Source: Octopus sinensis
Lineage: Eukaryota
NCBI RefSeq assembly: GCF_006345805.1
Contig: NC_043006.1
Span: 33,852,001-33,916,000 of the forward strand
Direction of reading: 5' to 3'
Length of the DNA: 64,000 nucleotides
Shown: positions 39,005-52,304 of the stretch, in pieces
Numbering within the stretch: the stretch's first letter is position 1
Layout of the letters: each line of letters opens with the position of its first letter
The notes under the pieces: generated by a model
What the model was told of the DNA's origin: nothing
What the model saw: the letters and a program-made list of their open reading frames with translations, nothing else
The model's database searches: none
Translations under genes and position numbers: made by a program

Positions 39005-39385
39005 CTTTTATCTTTTACTTGTTTCACCCATTTGACTGTGGGTTAACGGGGGTACCATACTGAAGAATTTTTAGTCAAACGAATCAACCCCAGTCCTTTT
39101 TATTTAAGCTTGGTACCTATTCTATTGGTCTCTTTTGCCGAGCTGCTAAGTTGCAGGGATGTAAACCCACCAATAAAGGTTGTCAAGCAGTGATGGGGGA
39201 CAAACTCAGACACATAAACACACACACACACATATACACTATGGGCTTTTTTCTCTCTACCAGATTCATTCAGATGGCTTTGGTCAGCCCAAGATTATAG
39301 TAGAAAATACTTGCCCAAAGTGCCAGGCAGTGGGATTGAACTTGGAACCATGTGGTTGGGAAGTGAACTTCTTACCACACAGATA
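39005..39385 (-). mobile_element. SINE family A
   Basis: Reverse complement aligns by eye with 45029-45452. Confidence 0.75.
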
Positions 39386-40029
39386 TGTTGAGTTTTCATC
39401 ATTGCATCAATGCCTGGGGATTACTGTCTTGAGCCTTATGACTCAAAGAGCCAGTCACCTGGTCCCCATGGTGTATAATTAACCAAGATCACAACATTCC
39501 CCCTGGATGGGAAGATAGCCCTTCACAGGGTTACTCATTACAGCTGAATGGACAGAAGCAAAGTGAAATGAAATGTGTTTGGTCAATAACACAATGCACC
39601 ACTGGTCTGCGAATCAAAACTGTGGTTTCTTGCAATGGTCATTGCAAAACTGGGGCCCATAAAAAAAATTATCTTTTACAAGTAGTCATGTGAACCAGTG
39701 CCATCAGTTACGTCAGTCTGATTGTTGATGAGTAAACCAGTGACACCATTCTAGGGTCTCACCATTGGTGCATGGAGAGTGGACGGACACCCAGAGGGAA
39801 CATTAATAAATAATAACAATAATGATAGTAATAATTCTTTCTACTATAAGTATAAGGCCTGAAATTTTCTCAGGGAGGGGACTAGTCGATTACATTGACT
39901 CCAGCGCATAACTGGTACTTATTTCAACAAGCTTGAAAGGATGAAAGGCACAGTCCACCTTGGTGGAATTTAAATTCAGAATGTAAAGTCATATGAAATG
40001 CCACTTAGCATTTTATCCAGCATGCAGCC

Positions 40030-40089
<60 letters not shown>

Positions 40090-40092
<3 letters not shown>

Positions 40093-40873
40093 TGCATCTC
40101 TGATCACGAGCAGACGATATGTGCATCTCTGATCACGAGCAGACGATATGTGCATCTCTGATCACGAGCAGACGATATGTGCATCTCTGATCACGAGCAA
40201 TGGGCTACAGCAAATATTCTGCTCAATACCACAGATTTGCTTGTCAGTTGTTTGACCTTAACCAGTTGAGCATTTCCCTTAGTGGCTGACGATATGTGCA
40301 TCTCTGATCACGAGCAATGCCCTGATGCAGTACCAGGCAGAGGCTCTCATGGCTTCTGATCTTAACTGATTGGAAGTGTTATCATGTACATTGTTCTGTC
40401 TTGGTATAAAAGATGGGCTACAGCAAATATTCTGCTCAATACCACAGATTTGCTTGTCAGTTGTTTGACCTTAACCAGTTGAGCATTTCCCTTAGTGGCT
40501 GACGATATGTGCATCTCTGATCACGAGCAGAAGTAGTGGGGGAGCATCATAGCCATGTGTTGAGAGGGATTCTTTGGGGTTTGAATAATTCACCTCTGGA
40601 GACATGGGTGGGTTTTTCAACATCCTTAAACAACCCTTATTCAGGGACCGTTTGAGCGGGATGGGCTACTCAACCTGAAGAAAATTCTAACTGGGCCCCA
40701 CCTGCAAGGTCATGTGCAGTTTATCTTGATATGAGATCACCATGCCGCGCACATATGGTTGTGATGCATGTGCCTGGTGTGCCCTTATCAGACGGGTAGT
40801 CATGATGGTTATATTGGGCTTCGTATATTTTACCCCAGTGTCACTTTGATGGCATGCTCTGCTCGCTCACTCA
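40090..40873. mobile_element. ~560-bp non-coding element in (TAA)n (40317-40873) preceded by duplicated internal fragments
   Basis: Second copy at 52305-52763, also flanked by (TAA)n. 40090-40316 consists of a 29-bp unit x ~4 and a 117-bp copy of the element interior. Confidence 0.8.
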
Positions 40874-40884
40874 ATAATATAATG

Positions 40885-41672
40885 CTAAAAAAGGGGTAAT
40901 TAAATAAAGAAACAGAGAGCCTGATTGTAGCAGCTCAAGATCAAGCAATATAAACAAACAACTTGAGAAAAAATATATATAGAGAGAATGTGTCAGAAAA
41001 ATGTAGAGCCTGTGGAACTTGGAACGTGACAGTGGTGCACACTGTGGAAGAATGCTCCAATTTGGCACAATAAGAATATAAGATATGGAGACATGACCAA
41101 ATTGTAATAGTTTTACACTGGAAACTGCACCAAATATTGGGGATTAGAAGCTGGAAACACATGGTACAATCATTGAGTCGAAAGAGTACTGGAGGTGGAA
41201 AAATGTAAGATTTCGTGGCACTTTATTCAAACAGTCAAGAAATTAGAAAATAATAGACCAGATATAATGATTATAAATAAGGAAAAGCGAAGTTGCTTAC
41301 TTATCAACCAATCATGCCCGTTTGATTCCAGGATTGTAAAGAAAGAGAAAGAGAAGCAAAAATATAAAACAATCCCTTAAAGTTTGAAAAAGGAAGAATT
41401 TGGAGCATGTGAACAGTAAAGGTTATGTACATAATACTTGGTGTGTTGTGAACAGTAAGCCAAGTTATAGTCAAATGGCTGAAGGTGACCGAAATAGAAT
41501 GCTCGGTAGAGCTCCTACAGAAAGTTTGTCTCTTAGAGAGAGCAAGGATTATCAGGAAGGTTCTAAGCACTTGAAAGTCTGCTGAAAACTTGTGGATACC
41601 AAAGGTTACAGGCAGTAACCCGTTATCCATATAATACCCATCAGGAATATAACCAAACCTGAGCCAAACCAA
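40885..41672 (+). mobile_element. R4/Dong-type non-LTR retrotransposon 3' end (zinc knuckle + restriction-like endonuclease), decayed
   Basis: ETESLIVAAQDQAI...KCRACGTWNVTVVHTVEEC (CCHC), WRHDQI, NRPDIMIINKEKRSCLLI (PD..D region); ends in (AAT)n. Confidence 0.88.
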
Positions 41673-41687
41673 AATAATAATAATAAC

Positions 41688-41755
<68 letters not shown>

Positions 41756-42981
41756 TGATGCCTGTCTGCAGTGGCAGATGAATTTCCTAAAGATTCAATG
41801 ACCATCCATGAAACCTACAAACAGGGCAGAGCTTCAATCAAGGCTCTTGAGTTTAGCATTGTTGACTTGCTTTGCAATCTCTGCACCCAGTTGCCACATT
41901 AACTTCTCATCTAATCAGGGAAGATCTAGGTCCTTCATGGTGCAATGACAAATCAAGGTGGCTTAAGTTGGACTTGGCTAACATTATCAACATTTGATCT
42001 TCCACATTGTTAGAAATTACAGCTGTTTGCCATTATTTATTACACACTTTTCCTGCAAAGTTGTGACCTTCAGCCTCCTGCAAGACAATTGTTACAATAG
42101 GGTTACTGTTGTTCAACTTCAACTCAGCCCTGATCAAACACATCAATGAGTAAAGACTGACTAATGTTACCATGTTATTTATATTTGCAGACACACTATA
42201 TTTAGTGTAGTGATGACAAACCTATGACACATAAGTCAACAGCGGCACACACCTGCAAGGTTTTAAGTATCACATGACAAATTTCAGGAAAAACAAATCT
42301 CCCTACAGTATCATGTTATAAAAAAGCTTAACAATAAGCCATCTATGTATCATACTTAATGTAGATACACTGTTGATAGGCCAGTTACTGCAGTATTTGT
42401 CAAGAGATAACATCTCTTCTGGACATGCAGTGTTAAAAACACTATAAATATCAGAGAGAGGAGGGAACACATCTAAGTAGTGGCCAACTGTAGTTCATCA
42501 GCATCGTCATCGTCATCATCATTGTTGCCATTTAACGTCCATTTTCCATGCTGGCATGGGTTGGACAGTATGGCTGGAGCTTGGTAAGGCCAGGATCCAT
42601 TGTCTGCTTTGGCAAGGTTTCAATGACTGGACGCTCTTCTGGATGCCAAACACTTTACAGAGTTTATAATATGAAAGCTAAAAATATTCTAGAAGCCTTT
42701 CTTTACATTCACATGGTTATTGTTATCAAACTTAGTGCTTTTTAGTAGCAACATGATATAATTGTTATATCCTCTGCTTAATGTTATCAACTGGTTATTA
42801 TTATCTAAAAGGCTCTACCTCAATGTAATCACAAATAAACAACTTCTCCTCCACATTAGCATCTACTTTCAGTTTTATCTGTAGTTTTTCTGTTTTGTTA
42901 TTCATTTATATCTTTTCAATTTTTTTAGTAACTTGAGATGCCTGCCTTTTTATTTTTTATCTCTAAGAATATAAAAGTGGT

Positions 42982-43024
<43 letters not shown>

Positions 43025-43337
43025 CAACTAGACTCTCTTTCTCCTGCCCTTCTCATTAAATCTTTTATCTCAGTCAAGGTTAGTATGTTGGTGTAGAATA
43101 ACAGGTGTTTGTGTGTGTACGTATGTGTGTCCATGTTTTTGTGTGTGTGCTTGTGTGTGTGTGTATGTGTACGTGTGGGGGGTTTTAATCGTTTAATTAT
43201 ATAATTTCATATTCTTACATAGCAATCATGAATTCTGACTTGCTTGGGTTTCAAAGTCACTTGTTGAAAAGGAAGGCGGCTTTGTTGATTGCACAAATTC
43301 CTGTTTGTTACAAGTAGATTGAGGAGAAGCAGTGGAA

Positions 43338-43733
43338 CAGTGGTTCTCAACCATTTTTTCCCCCTAATAGAACCCTTTGATTCCTATATTGCTTGGCTGG
43401 ACCCTCACAGCCATTCGATGTTTAAAAATTTCTATTATATTTTTATAATCAAATATTTGGAATTTTATTTTAAAAATTGTCAAAATATTTTGTGTATGGC
43501 AGAACTATAATGAATTTAATGCAGATTAATTTTAACTAGAAAATCTTAAATGGATCCCACAAGGGCCATATGAATCCCACAAGAGTCATATGGATCCCAC
43601 AAGGGCCATATGGATCCCACAAGAGTCATATGGATACCACAAGAGTGATATGGATCCCACAAGGGCCATGTGGATCCCACAAGGGCCATAAGGGTACCAC
43701 AAGGGCCATATGGATCCTGGTTGAAAACCAATG
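43338..43733. mobile_element. hAT MITE with internal 20-bp minisatellite
   Basis: TIRs CAGTGGTTCTCAACCA and TGGTTGAAAACCAATG; TSD CAGTGGAA/CAGTAGAA; TGGATCCCACAAGGGCCATA x ~8 at 43551-43717. Confidence 0.9.
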
Positions 43734-45028
43734 CAGTAGAACATCATACAAAATGCCTTGTGGTGTTCACTAACACATTTTAATGTTCTGATTTCAAATC
43801 CCACCATGTCAGCTTTGCCTTTCATCACTCTGATGATGATGGAATAATTAGCAGTGAAACAGGTGATATTACTTGGCTACCTCTTTCCCCACATGTTGAG
43901 GCCCTGCACCTCTGTTAGAAGCCAAAACAAATATCTTGTGGTATTTGCTTCAGCTCTTTATGTTCTGAGTTCAAATCCTGCTTTGGTCAACATTGTCTTT
44001 TGTCCTTCCAGAACTGAGAAAATAAAGTATCAGTGAAGTACTGGGATTGATACAATTGACTGTTTTGAATTTGAGACTTTGAGTCTATATATGAACTCAC
44101 TTTGGTGTATCGCGGGAGGGTCATTATGCCAACAATAAACACATGAACTGATTCTATCTCACTTCTTTATTATTTATTTGTGAAGTAGTTAACTATTTAA
44201 TCAATTAACTAATTGACTTGTTTGATTTGTTGATTGTTTGACTGATCATTCAGTTAGTCATCAATCAGTTATGTTTGTGAAAGTCTTTTTGTCACCATTC
44301 ATGACCTCTTCAATGAGATGCCCCCTCAATTCTAGGCCAGCTTCAGGTCTGACTGCTCCTAGATTAGTTGACCTATTGATGAATAATAAAGAAATGAAAT
44401 TAACCAATGCATGTATTTATTATTGGCGTAATGACCCTCCCAAGATTCAACAGAATCTGTTTCGACACACGAGACCACATCAAGTATCTTGCAAACCAAA
44501 TACAAAAATGGAATATTCAAAGAAATCATTACTTTTGTTATAATCTTCATTTATTGTTGTTATTAACTTTGGTAGAATGGAAGTCAAATTTAACTTGGAA
44601 CCAGACCAAAAGAGAGGATACTATTTACTGTAACAAATTCAATGTAGTGACCTGTAGATGTATTTATACCAATTCCCTGCCTTTTATGGTCAATACTGGA
44701 GTTTACTGATTAAAACTGAATGCTAAGATAGTACAACAACTGACCAAAATGTGGCTTTGTCTCTCCTATGTTTTGCATTCAAATTTTACCCTTGAAGACT
44801 TTGCATTTATCTCTTTGGGGAATGACCCCCACCAACACAAGTTATGTAATCATTATGGGACAGGCACAGCTGCAGTGTTAGGAGACTCTCTTTGCAACCA
44901 AATGCTTTTAGACTTAGTCACACTGCATGGCACCTCGGTTAGCTGTCTTCTACAACAGCACTAGGTTGACCATACTTTGTCAATGAATCTGATAGACAGA
45001 AACTGAGTGGAAGCCCATCATATATGTA

Positions 45029-45450
45029 GGCACAGGAGTGGCTGTGTGGTAAGTAGTTTGCTAACCAGCCACATGGTTCCGGGTTCAGTCCCACTGCGTG
45101 GCATCTTGGGCAAGTGTCTTCTGCTATAGTCCTGGGCCGACCAATGCCTTGTGAGTGGATTTGGTAGACGGAAACTGAAAGAAGCCCGTCGTATATATAT
45201 GTATATATATATATATATATGTATGTGTGTGCATGTGTTTGTGTGTCTGTGTTTGTCCCCCTAGCATTGCTTGACAACCGATGCTGGTGTGTTTAGTCCC
45301 CGTCACTTAGTGGTTCGGCAAAAGAGACCGATAGAATAAGTACTGGGCTTACAAAAGAATAAGTCCCGGGGTCGATTTGCTCGACTAAAGGCGGTGCTCC
45401 AGCATGGCCACAGTCAAATGACTGAAACAAGTAAAAGAGTAAAAAGAGAG

Positions 45451-45452
<2 letters not shown>
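45029..45452 (+). mobile_element. SINE family A, full length, well preserved (tRNA head + CORE-like domain)
   Basis: GGCACAGGAGTGGCTGTGTGGTAAG, GGTTCCGGGTTCAGTCCC, ATCTTGGGCAAGT, internal (TA)/(TG), tail GTAAAAGAGTAAAA; many CpGs retained. Confidence 0.88.
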
Positions 45453-45517
<65 letters not shown>

Positions 45518-45649
45518 AGGGGTTTAGTTCACTGGTAATCTAAACCAATAGGTATGCTGTGTAAGTACTATAACTGGTCATGCATTAGGTTCCAAGCTCA
45601 CAGCTGAGCCTGGAGCTAGGTATCCATAGGAGGCTTCCACATCAGCAGG

Positions 45650-45692
<43 letters not shown>

Positions 45693-46139
45693 ATGTGAGT
45701 GTGTGTGTTTGTGTGTATACATATGGCAATGGTGGTGATGTTTTAGTTCACGATGGTGATGATGATGATGGTGATTGTTATGTACGAGACCCTTCCATGG
45801 TGATGAAAGTCTCATACACAACAGAGGTCAGTCGGTCAGTTGAAGAGCTGTCCAGGCTTCATTGAGCAATTCTGGTCTCACTTGGCTAACCAAAATACCA
45901 AGAAAAGAGACCTATTTGATAGTGGAGAGCCTAACAGATAAAAACACAGATTGGTCATGGTTGGAATGTCTTTGATTAGAGGTTTGCTTGATCAAGGTTA
46001 AGTTGGTGGGGGCTAAAAAACAACATCATGGTGGGTATGAGTGATATAGGAAGCAAGAATAACATCGTTTTGTACTTTATACACCTTGAAGTGATATCAG
46101 TTTTGTACTTTATACACCTATCTGTGAAAACAAATGTTG

Positions 46140-46601
46140 TTATGATGATGATGATGATGATGATGAGAGTAGTAGTGGTGGTAGTGGTGGTGGTGGTGAT
46201 GGTAGCAGCAAAGGTGACGATGACAATGATGGCAGTTGTGATGATGATGATAGTGATGTTGATGAAGATGATGGTTGTGGTAGTGGTGGTGGTGGTGGTA
46301 GTGGCAGCAGCGAAGATGACAATGAGAATGATGATAGTGATGATATTGATGACGATGATGATGATGAAGATGTTGATATTGGTGGTGGTTGTGGTGGTGG
46401 CAGCAAAAGTGACAATGACAATGATGACAGTGGTGATGATGATGATGGTGATGATGATGAGGATGATGATGGTGATGATGAAGATGATGATAAGGATGAT
46501 GATGATGATGATGATAATGATGATGATGACGATGATGATGGTGATGTTGGTGAGAATGGCAGCAGCGAAGCTGACGATAACAATGATGATAATGATGATG
46601 T

Positions 46602-46636
<35 letters not shown>

Positions 46637-46672
46637 GTGAAAACGATGACGATGATGACAATGATGATGACG
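46140..46672. repeat. Degenerate (GAT/GGT)n tract
   Basis: Read directly; explains the 289-aa Met/Val ORF. Confidence 0.95.
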
Positions 46673-46746
46673 ATCCAGAAAATAACAAAGTTGTCAAACA
46701 GAAATAGTTTGCCACTAAGCTATATAACGCTTCTTCTATTCCCCCC

Positions 46747-46784
<38 letters not shown>

Positions 46785-47351
46785 TGCATACATATAGCTG
46801 GCACCTCACCATATTCTTTCTTCTAAAACAAAACCAATACCTCTGCCAAGTTCAGCCTGACATTCAACTTGCTGTCTTATTTCAGCTGAGGTTGTGAAGA
46901 AACAACTTAGAAATGGGCCATGAACAGAAGTCGTTCACATCAGGCTCAGAGACAGCCGCCTCATTGAATGTAATGGACATTCCAAGTAACGAGGTGACAT
47001 AATTAATGCAAAACATTGGAGCTAGTTTTGTTAATTACCATATTTACTCCTCTATAATTCAATTTTTTTTCCTTTCCCAGTTTTAGCTTTGTCCCATATA
47101 TAAGTCACATCCCAGTTCTTTTAGTAAAAATTAAGCATCGAATAATGTGACTTATACACAAGTAAATGCAGTTTATTTATATCTGTCATCATTTTCATCA
47201 TTCCTGCCAGCACCAGAACCCTACATCTAATATGATTTAATTTATTGGCAGCGACTTGGAAGTTTGGTCTAAGAAGAACACATATACTGCTCGCCTGCAT
47301 GCACACACACACACAGAAACACATATATACATGCAAGCATGTGTTATATAT

Positions 47352-47550
47352 ATTCTTCTCTACTGTAGGCACAAGGTCCAAAATTTTGATTAGATCGACT
47401 GCAGTATGTATCTGGTACTTAATTTATTGACCCCTGAAAGGATGAAAAGCAAAGTCAATCTCAGTGGAATTTGAACTCAGAATGTGAAGACAGATGAAAT
47501 ACCACTAAGCATTTCACCCGGCATGCTAATGTTTCTGCCAGCTCGCCTTA
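47352..47550 (-). mobile_element. SINE family B
   Basis: Homologous to 55151-55312; further copies at ~39835-40030 and ~49598-49795 (-), ~43930-44090 and ~59570-59770 (+). Confidence 0.75.
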
Positions 47551-47779
47551 CATATATATATATATATGTATATATTGTGAATATATTGTGAAAAGGTGTA
47601 TGGCTCAGTGGTTAGAGTGTCGAGCTTACGATCTGACATTATCCATATCTGATATCTTATGATATTCTGTATGATATAATCTTTGAAGAAATATCTCTTC
47701 AAAATTTAATATCTTAAACCAGTGTACCTTGGATAAATATCCCTATAAGAATATCCTCATTATAACTAATATACATACA

Positions 47780-47977
47780 GACCGTGTGTGTATCGTTGGT
47801 GATTTTCTTTATCAATCTTCCCATCTTTGGACTTTTTCTATATTTCGGATGAAGAGCTCCGCTCATAATGTGAAATCCTCTTTCTTTTCTTTCCTTTCCT
47901 GAACGTCCAATAACACTGTACTTATTCCATGTCCTTGTGTTGTTGTTTTTTCTTGCTTGTTCATGTTTGGATTGACT
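47780..47977 (+). mobile_element. Family H2 element ending in (TA)n, degenerate hammerhead
   Basis: Homologous to the reverse complement of 50856-51070; TTT-CGGATGA-A-GAGC-TCC-GCTC-ATAA-TGTG-AAA. Confidence 0.65.
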
Positions 47978-48845
47978 ATATATATATATATATATATATA
48001 CACCATCATCGTTTGATGTCCACTTTCCATGCTGGCATGGGTTGGATGGTTTGACATGGAGCTGACCAGCTGGAGGCTGTCCGGACTCCAATTGTTTGTG
48101 GTGGCATGGTTTCTATAGCTGGGTGCAGCTTCATTCAAGGTTTTCCACTTTGAGTCAAGCTGGTTAAAAGATCCTGAACAAAGCTGCACAGAAATTTATG
48201 CCTGGTTGCATATGCAATTACTCATACTCCATGCAGTGGAAATGTGTAGCTCATCATAACCGTAAAAATAAGCTGTATGACATATCGTAAAATAAAAGGA
48301 TATTCTCTATCCTTATAATTATTGCTAATATACATTCCAGATAATATTAGCATCAAGTGAAGTGAACCCTGAATTACCCAGCAGAGGAATTTACAGCATG
48401 AGTGACAACACTTAGTAGTCATAGATGTTAAATACTAATTGATGTGGTTAGCCATAACCTGGAGCATAACTGAGAGCTACCACAGTATTCATCCAGATAA
48501 TATATCCATCTACACTCACTTTAATATATATATATATTTAAAAGACTGCAAAAAGTACTTGATACAGTCACAATAAGATTTTCTTAAAATAAAAATTATT
48601 TACTACATAACGATGATCTTAGAAAAACAGAATTACATGGAACTTTTGGAAGGAAGTCTGCAGATTGTGTGTAAGCGCTTTTGTTTAGTCTTTTGAAAAA
48701 CTTAAACGAAAGAGTTTACATACGATACAAAAACTTCCTTCCAAACAGGTTTATGTCATTCTATTTTTCTCAAACTTTCTTTACATAGTATATAATTTTT
48801 TTCTAAGAAAACCTTTCCTGAAATATCTATTTGTCTGTCTGTTTG

Positions 48846-48912
<67 letters not shown>

Positions 48913-48939
48913 CTCTATATCTATGTATATATATCTATA

Positions 48940-48979
<40 letters not shown>

Positions 48980-49847
48980 ATAAATATATACACATACACA
49001 CACATGATACACATATATTCATATACATATATATACATATATCTGTGTGCATTTATGTGTGTGTATATATATAAACATACACATGATATACATATATCTA
49101 CAAACACACGCATGATATACATATATTCACATACATATATACATATATTTCTGTGTGTGTGTGTGTGTATGTATATATACATATATATATACATACATAC
49201 ATACATACACACACATGATATACATATATTCATATACACATATATATATATACATATATTTGAGTGTGTGTGTGTGTGTATGTGTGTATGTATATATCAT
49301 CATCATCATCATCATCATTTTATTGGCTAACTCTTTTGTTAGGGAGTCAGGAAAAGGTAACATGTAAACTTGTGATATGAATGCAAAAGTTGTTTCTCTA
49401 AGTATGTAGCTACTTGACATATTTGCCAGTTAGAATCAAATTTCTACTACACAAAGGACCCTGTTATGTTGATTTATTAATATCACAATAAAACTTTGCC
49501 CCCCCCCACCCTTAGTTGCTTTTCTTTTGTTCCTTAGCAGTGGCTTAGAAATTGGGGTAGCAAGGAAAAAATAGTAATGATAATAGTAATAAATCTATTC
49601 TACTATAGGCACAAGACTTGAAATTTGTGGGGAGGGGCTCATCAATTACATTGACCCCCAGTGCTCAACTGGTACTTAATTTATCAACTTCAAATGGATG
49701 AAAGGCAAAGCCTGCCTTGGCAGGACGTAAAGACGGGTGAAATGCCGCTAAGCGTTTTTCCCAGCACGTTAACAATTGTGCCAGCTCATCACCTTAATTT
49801 ATTTTATCATTATTGATAATACTAATACTAATAATAATGATAATAAT

Positions 49848-49891
<44 letters not shown>

Positions 49892-49892
<1 letters not shown>

Positions 49893-50108
49893 TTTTTTTC
49901 TTCATTAATCACAATGGCCTGGAAAAACACTGAGGACAATGGCAAAAGACACCCTACTTTCGACAAATTTCCTGGGAGGCAGCGCATCGCTCTCAACCCT
50001 CACCTTCTTTTTCAAATGGAATTTTAAAAAACTCCAGTCTTGTCCATCAGACAACTTCTTTTGCCATATCCATCAGACAGAGGAAAACTGCCTGCCCTTC
50101 TTGACTGA
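49892..50108 (-). mobile_element. Probable Tx1/L1-type LINE 3' fragment with poly(A)
   Basis: Minus strand EGQAVFLCLMDMAKEVV*WTRL, frameshift, FFKFHLKKKVRVESDALPPRKFVE, short UTR, A8 abutting an (ATT)n tract. Confidence 0.5.
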
Positions 50109-50166
50109 AGGAATACATGGGGTGACCTTTACAATGGAATCGGCCAATAGCTGGATTTGTCTAACA

Positions 50167-50359
50167 CAGTGGTTTTCAACCAGGGTTCCGTGGAACCTTA
50201 GGGTTCCGCCAGTACAGTCCAGGGGTTCCGCAAGAAGTTACAAAACTGCTAAAATCGGCAGATATGTGTGCAAAAGACTAAATTATTGCATATGGGTTCC
50301 TCGAGCCAGTGAAATGTTTCCTTGGGGTTCCGCTCCAGCAAAAAGGTTGAAAAGCACTG
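50167..50359. mobile_element. hAT MITE, 193 bp
   Basis: TIRs CAGTGGTTTTCAACC and GGTTGAAAAGCACTG; perfect 8-bp TSD GTCTAACA; repeated subterminal GGGTTCCG motifs. Confidence 0.95.
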
Positions 50360-50810
50360 GTCTAACACAAGGTGGCAGCTGTAGAGTTTATCCTGAGCCA
50401 ACAATTTCCCTGACTCGCACATTGTAGCACTGCTAGACCAGGGATTTCTGGCATGGTAGTGCTATAGTGGAGCCATTATTTATGGGCCCCAGCCCAAAAG
50501 TCCTCTGGAACAGACCAGCCAGTTGATTTTCATTCATGTCCTGATTTTCCTTGAGTACATTGTCACTTTTACACACCACTGACCCTCTATCGAATGCCAT
50601 GGCAGAACATCTACTGATCAATAATAACAAAATAAGCCTGTAATTGCCCGGAAGAAATCATTTATCAGTTTGTAAATATAAGGACAGGACTTTGAAGAGA
50701 ATGGAAGTCATTTGTTTGCATTTTCAAATTCCTTCAAAAGAAATAAGCTTTGAGACATTCTGGCAATGCTACATTTTCATGAAAGACAGTGAGAGCTATG
50801 CTAATGTTTC

Positions 50811-50855
<45 letters not shown>

Positions 50856-50859
<4 letters not shown>

Positions 50860-51070
50860 ATCCAAACATGAAAACACAAAGAGAAAACACAACAACGCGA
50901 GGACGTGGAACAAATATAGCATTATTGGAAGCTCAGGAAGGAAGGAAAGAAGGAGGGTTTAACGTTTCAAGCGGAGCTCTTCGTCAGAAAAATAGGAAAA
51001 GGAAAGAACCAGAGAAGGGAAGACGGAGGAAAAAAAAATCACTGACGGTACACATGTGGTCACATTTTGA
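50856..51070 (-). mobile_element. Family H2 element in (TA)n with canonical minimal hammerhead motif (50958-50990)
   Basis: Minus strand: UUU-CUGACGA-A-GAGC-UCC-GCUU-GAAA-C-GUU-AAA; (TA)n on both sides. Confidence 0.75.
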
Positions 51071-51287
51071 ATATATATATATATTTATATATATTTCAGT
51101 GGTGGTGCCCCAGCATGGCCGCGGCCTTCGGACTAAAACATTTTTAAGGATTTTTAAGGATCTTAAGGATTTATATACAATTAATTTAATAGAGAGATTC
51201 AATTGACAAACTTAGTTTGTTACCTTAATGTGTGTGTGTGTGTGTGTGTGAGAGCATATACATCTATCTATATATATATATATATAT

Positions 51288-51470
51288 ATGATAGATCACT
51301 AGCCACTAAACCTTTTCTATTTTCGTCCCCTGTTTATTTCTGTTCCTTTCTGTCAAAGAGCATAGGCCTTAAACGTAAAAGACTTTCTCACTTCCCGAGC
51401 ATTAAACTAATACACCTGTTTGTTGTTTACACACCCATCTTCATATTTTGCTTTTTTGTAAATTCTCACT
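51288..51470 (+). mobile_element. Family H1 element, degenerate
   Basis: ATGATAGATCACTAGCCACTA...CTTTCTGTCAAAGAGCATAGGCCTTAAACGTAAAAGAC; (TA)n flanks. Confidence 0.7.
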
Positions 51471-51861
51471 AAATATATATATATATATTTTGTCAGTAAT
51501 CAGGTTGCAGTCTCAAAGCAACGAAAATGTTTTGGCAAATTAAATTTAAATGTTGAAGTGTATCTAACAGTTTTTGTGTTTTTAAATGGCTCATGGCTTA
51601 TAAACACCTTCCACAAGTGTAAACAAGAGAGACAGGGACAGGCAGAAACAAGGAAAATGCCCCTTGTATTTGAATACTATGCAAATATTCTTTTAAAAAA
51701 CTTTTCTTTTAATTTTTTCCAAAATTTAATTCTTTTCCATACTTACAATTGAAAAAGTCTCAATGACGGAAACCGGTACTGAAATGTATAAAATTATTTT
51801 AGCATCTTCTACTTTGACTTTTTTTCCATATATAAATCAACTCATGTGTTCCTTTTCAACC

Positions 51862-51922
<61 letters not shown>

Positions 51923-52259
51923 CATGTATCTATGTGTACATACATGCAAGAAAGAGAGAAGAAGGATTGTGTTACTTCATAATTACAATAGTATTGGATA
52001 ACTATTGCTCCTTCACACAGTATTTCCCTCTATCTTTACCCTAATTCTTTCTGTTGTTCTGTTATATGAAAGATAAAAAAAAACATTGAAATGAAAAAGA
52101 AAGAAAAGAAAAAAAGGTCAACCTTATTAAGTTCAGGAAGGCCTCCTGGTGGCTGTCAAATTTTCAACCAGGGGTCTTAACAGCTCAAAGTAGAATATTC
52201 TACAGCAACATTATCTGTCCTAGATTTTCCCTGTTAGTTTGACCTTTTACTTCACAATG

Positions 52260-52292
<33 letters not shown>

Positions 52293-52304
52293 TAATAATT
52301 ATAA

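Noticed and set aside
40495-40540. CTGACGA as a hammerhead core in the TAA-associated element
   Set aside because: Followed by GAAG rather than GAAA with no convincing stems; the second copy does not improve the fit.
46028-46897. Longest ORF (289 aa) and other low-complexity ORFs (poly-H, T, I, V, M, YI, HT)
   Set aside because: All are translations of microsatellites with no domain content.
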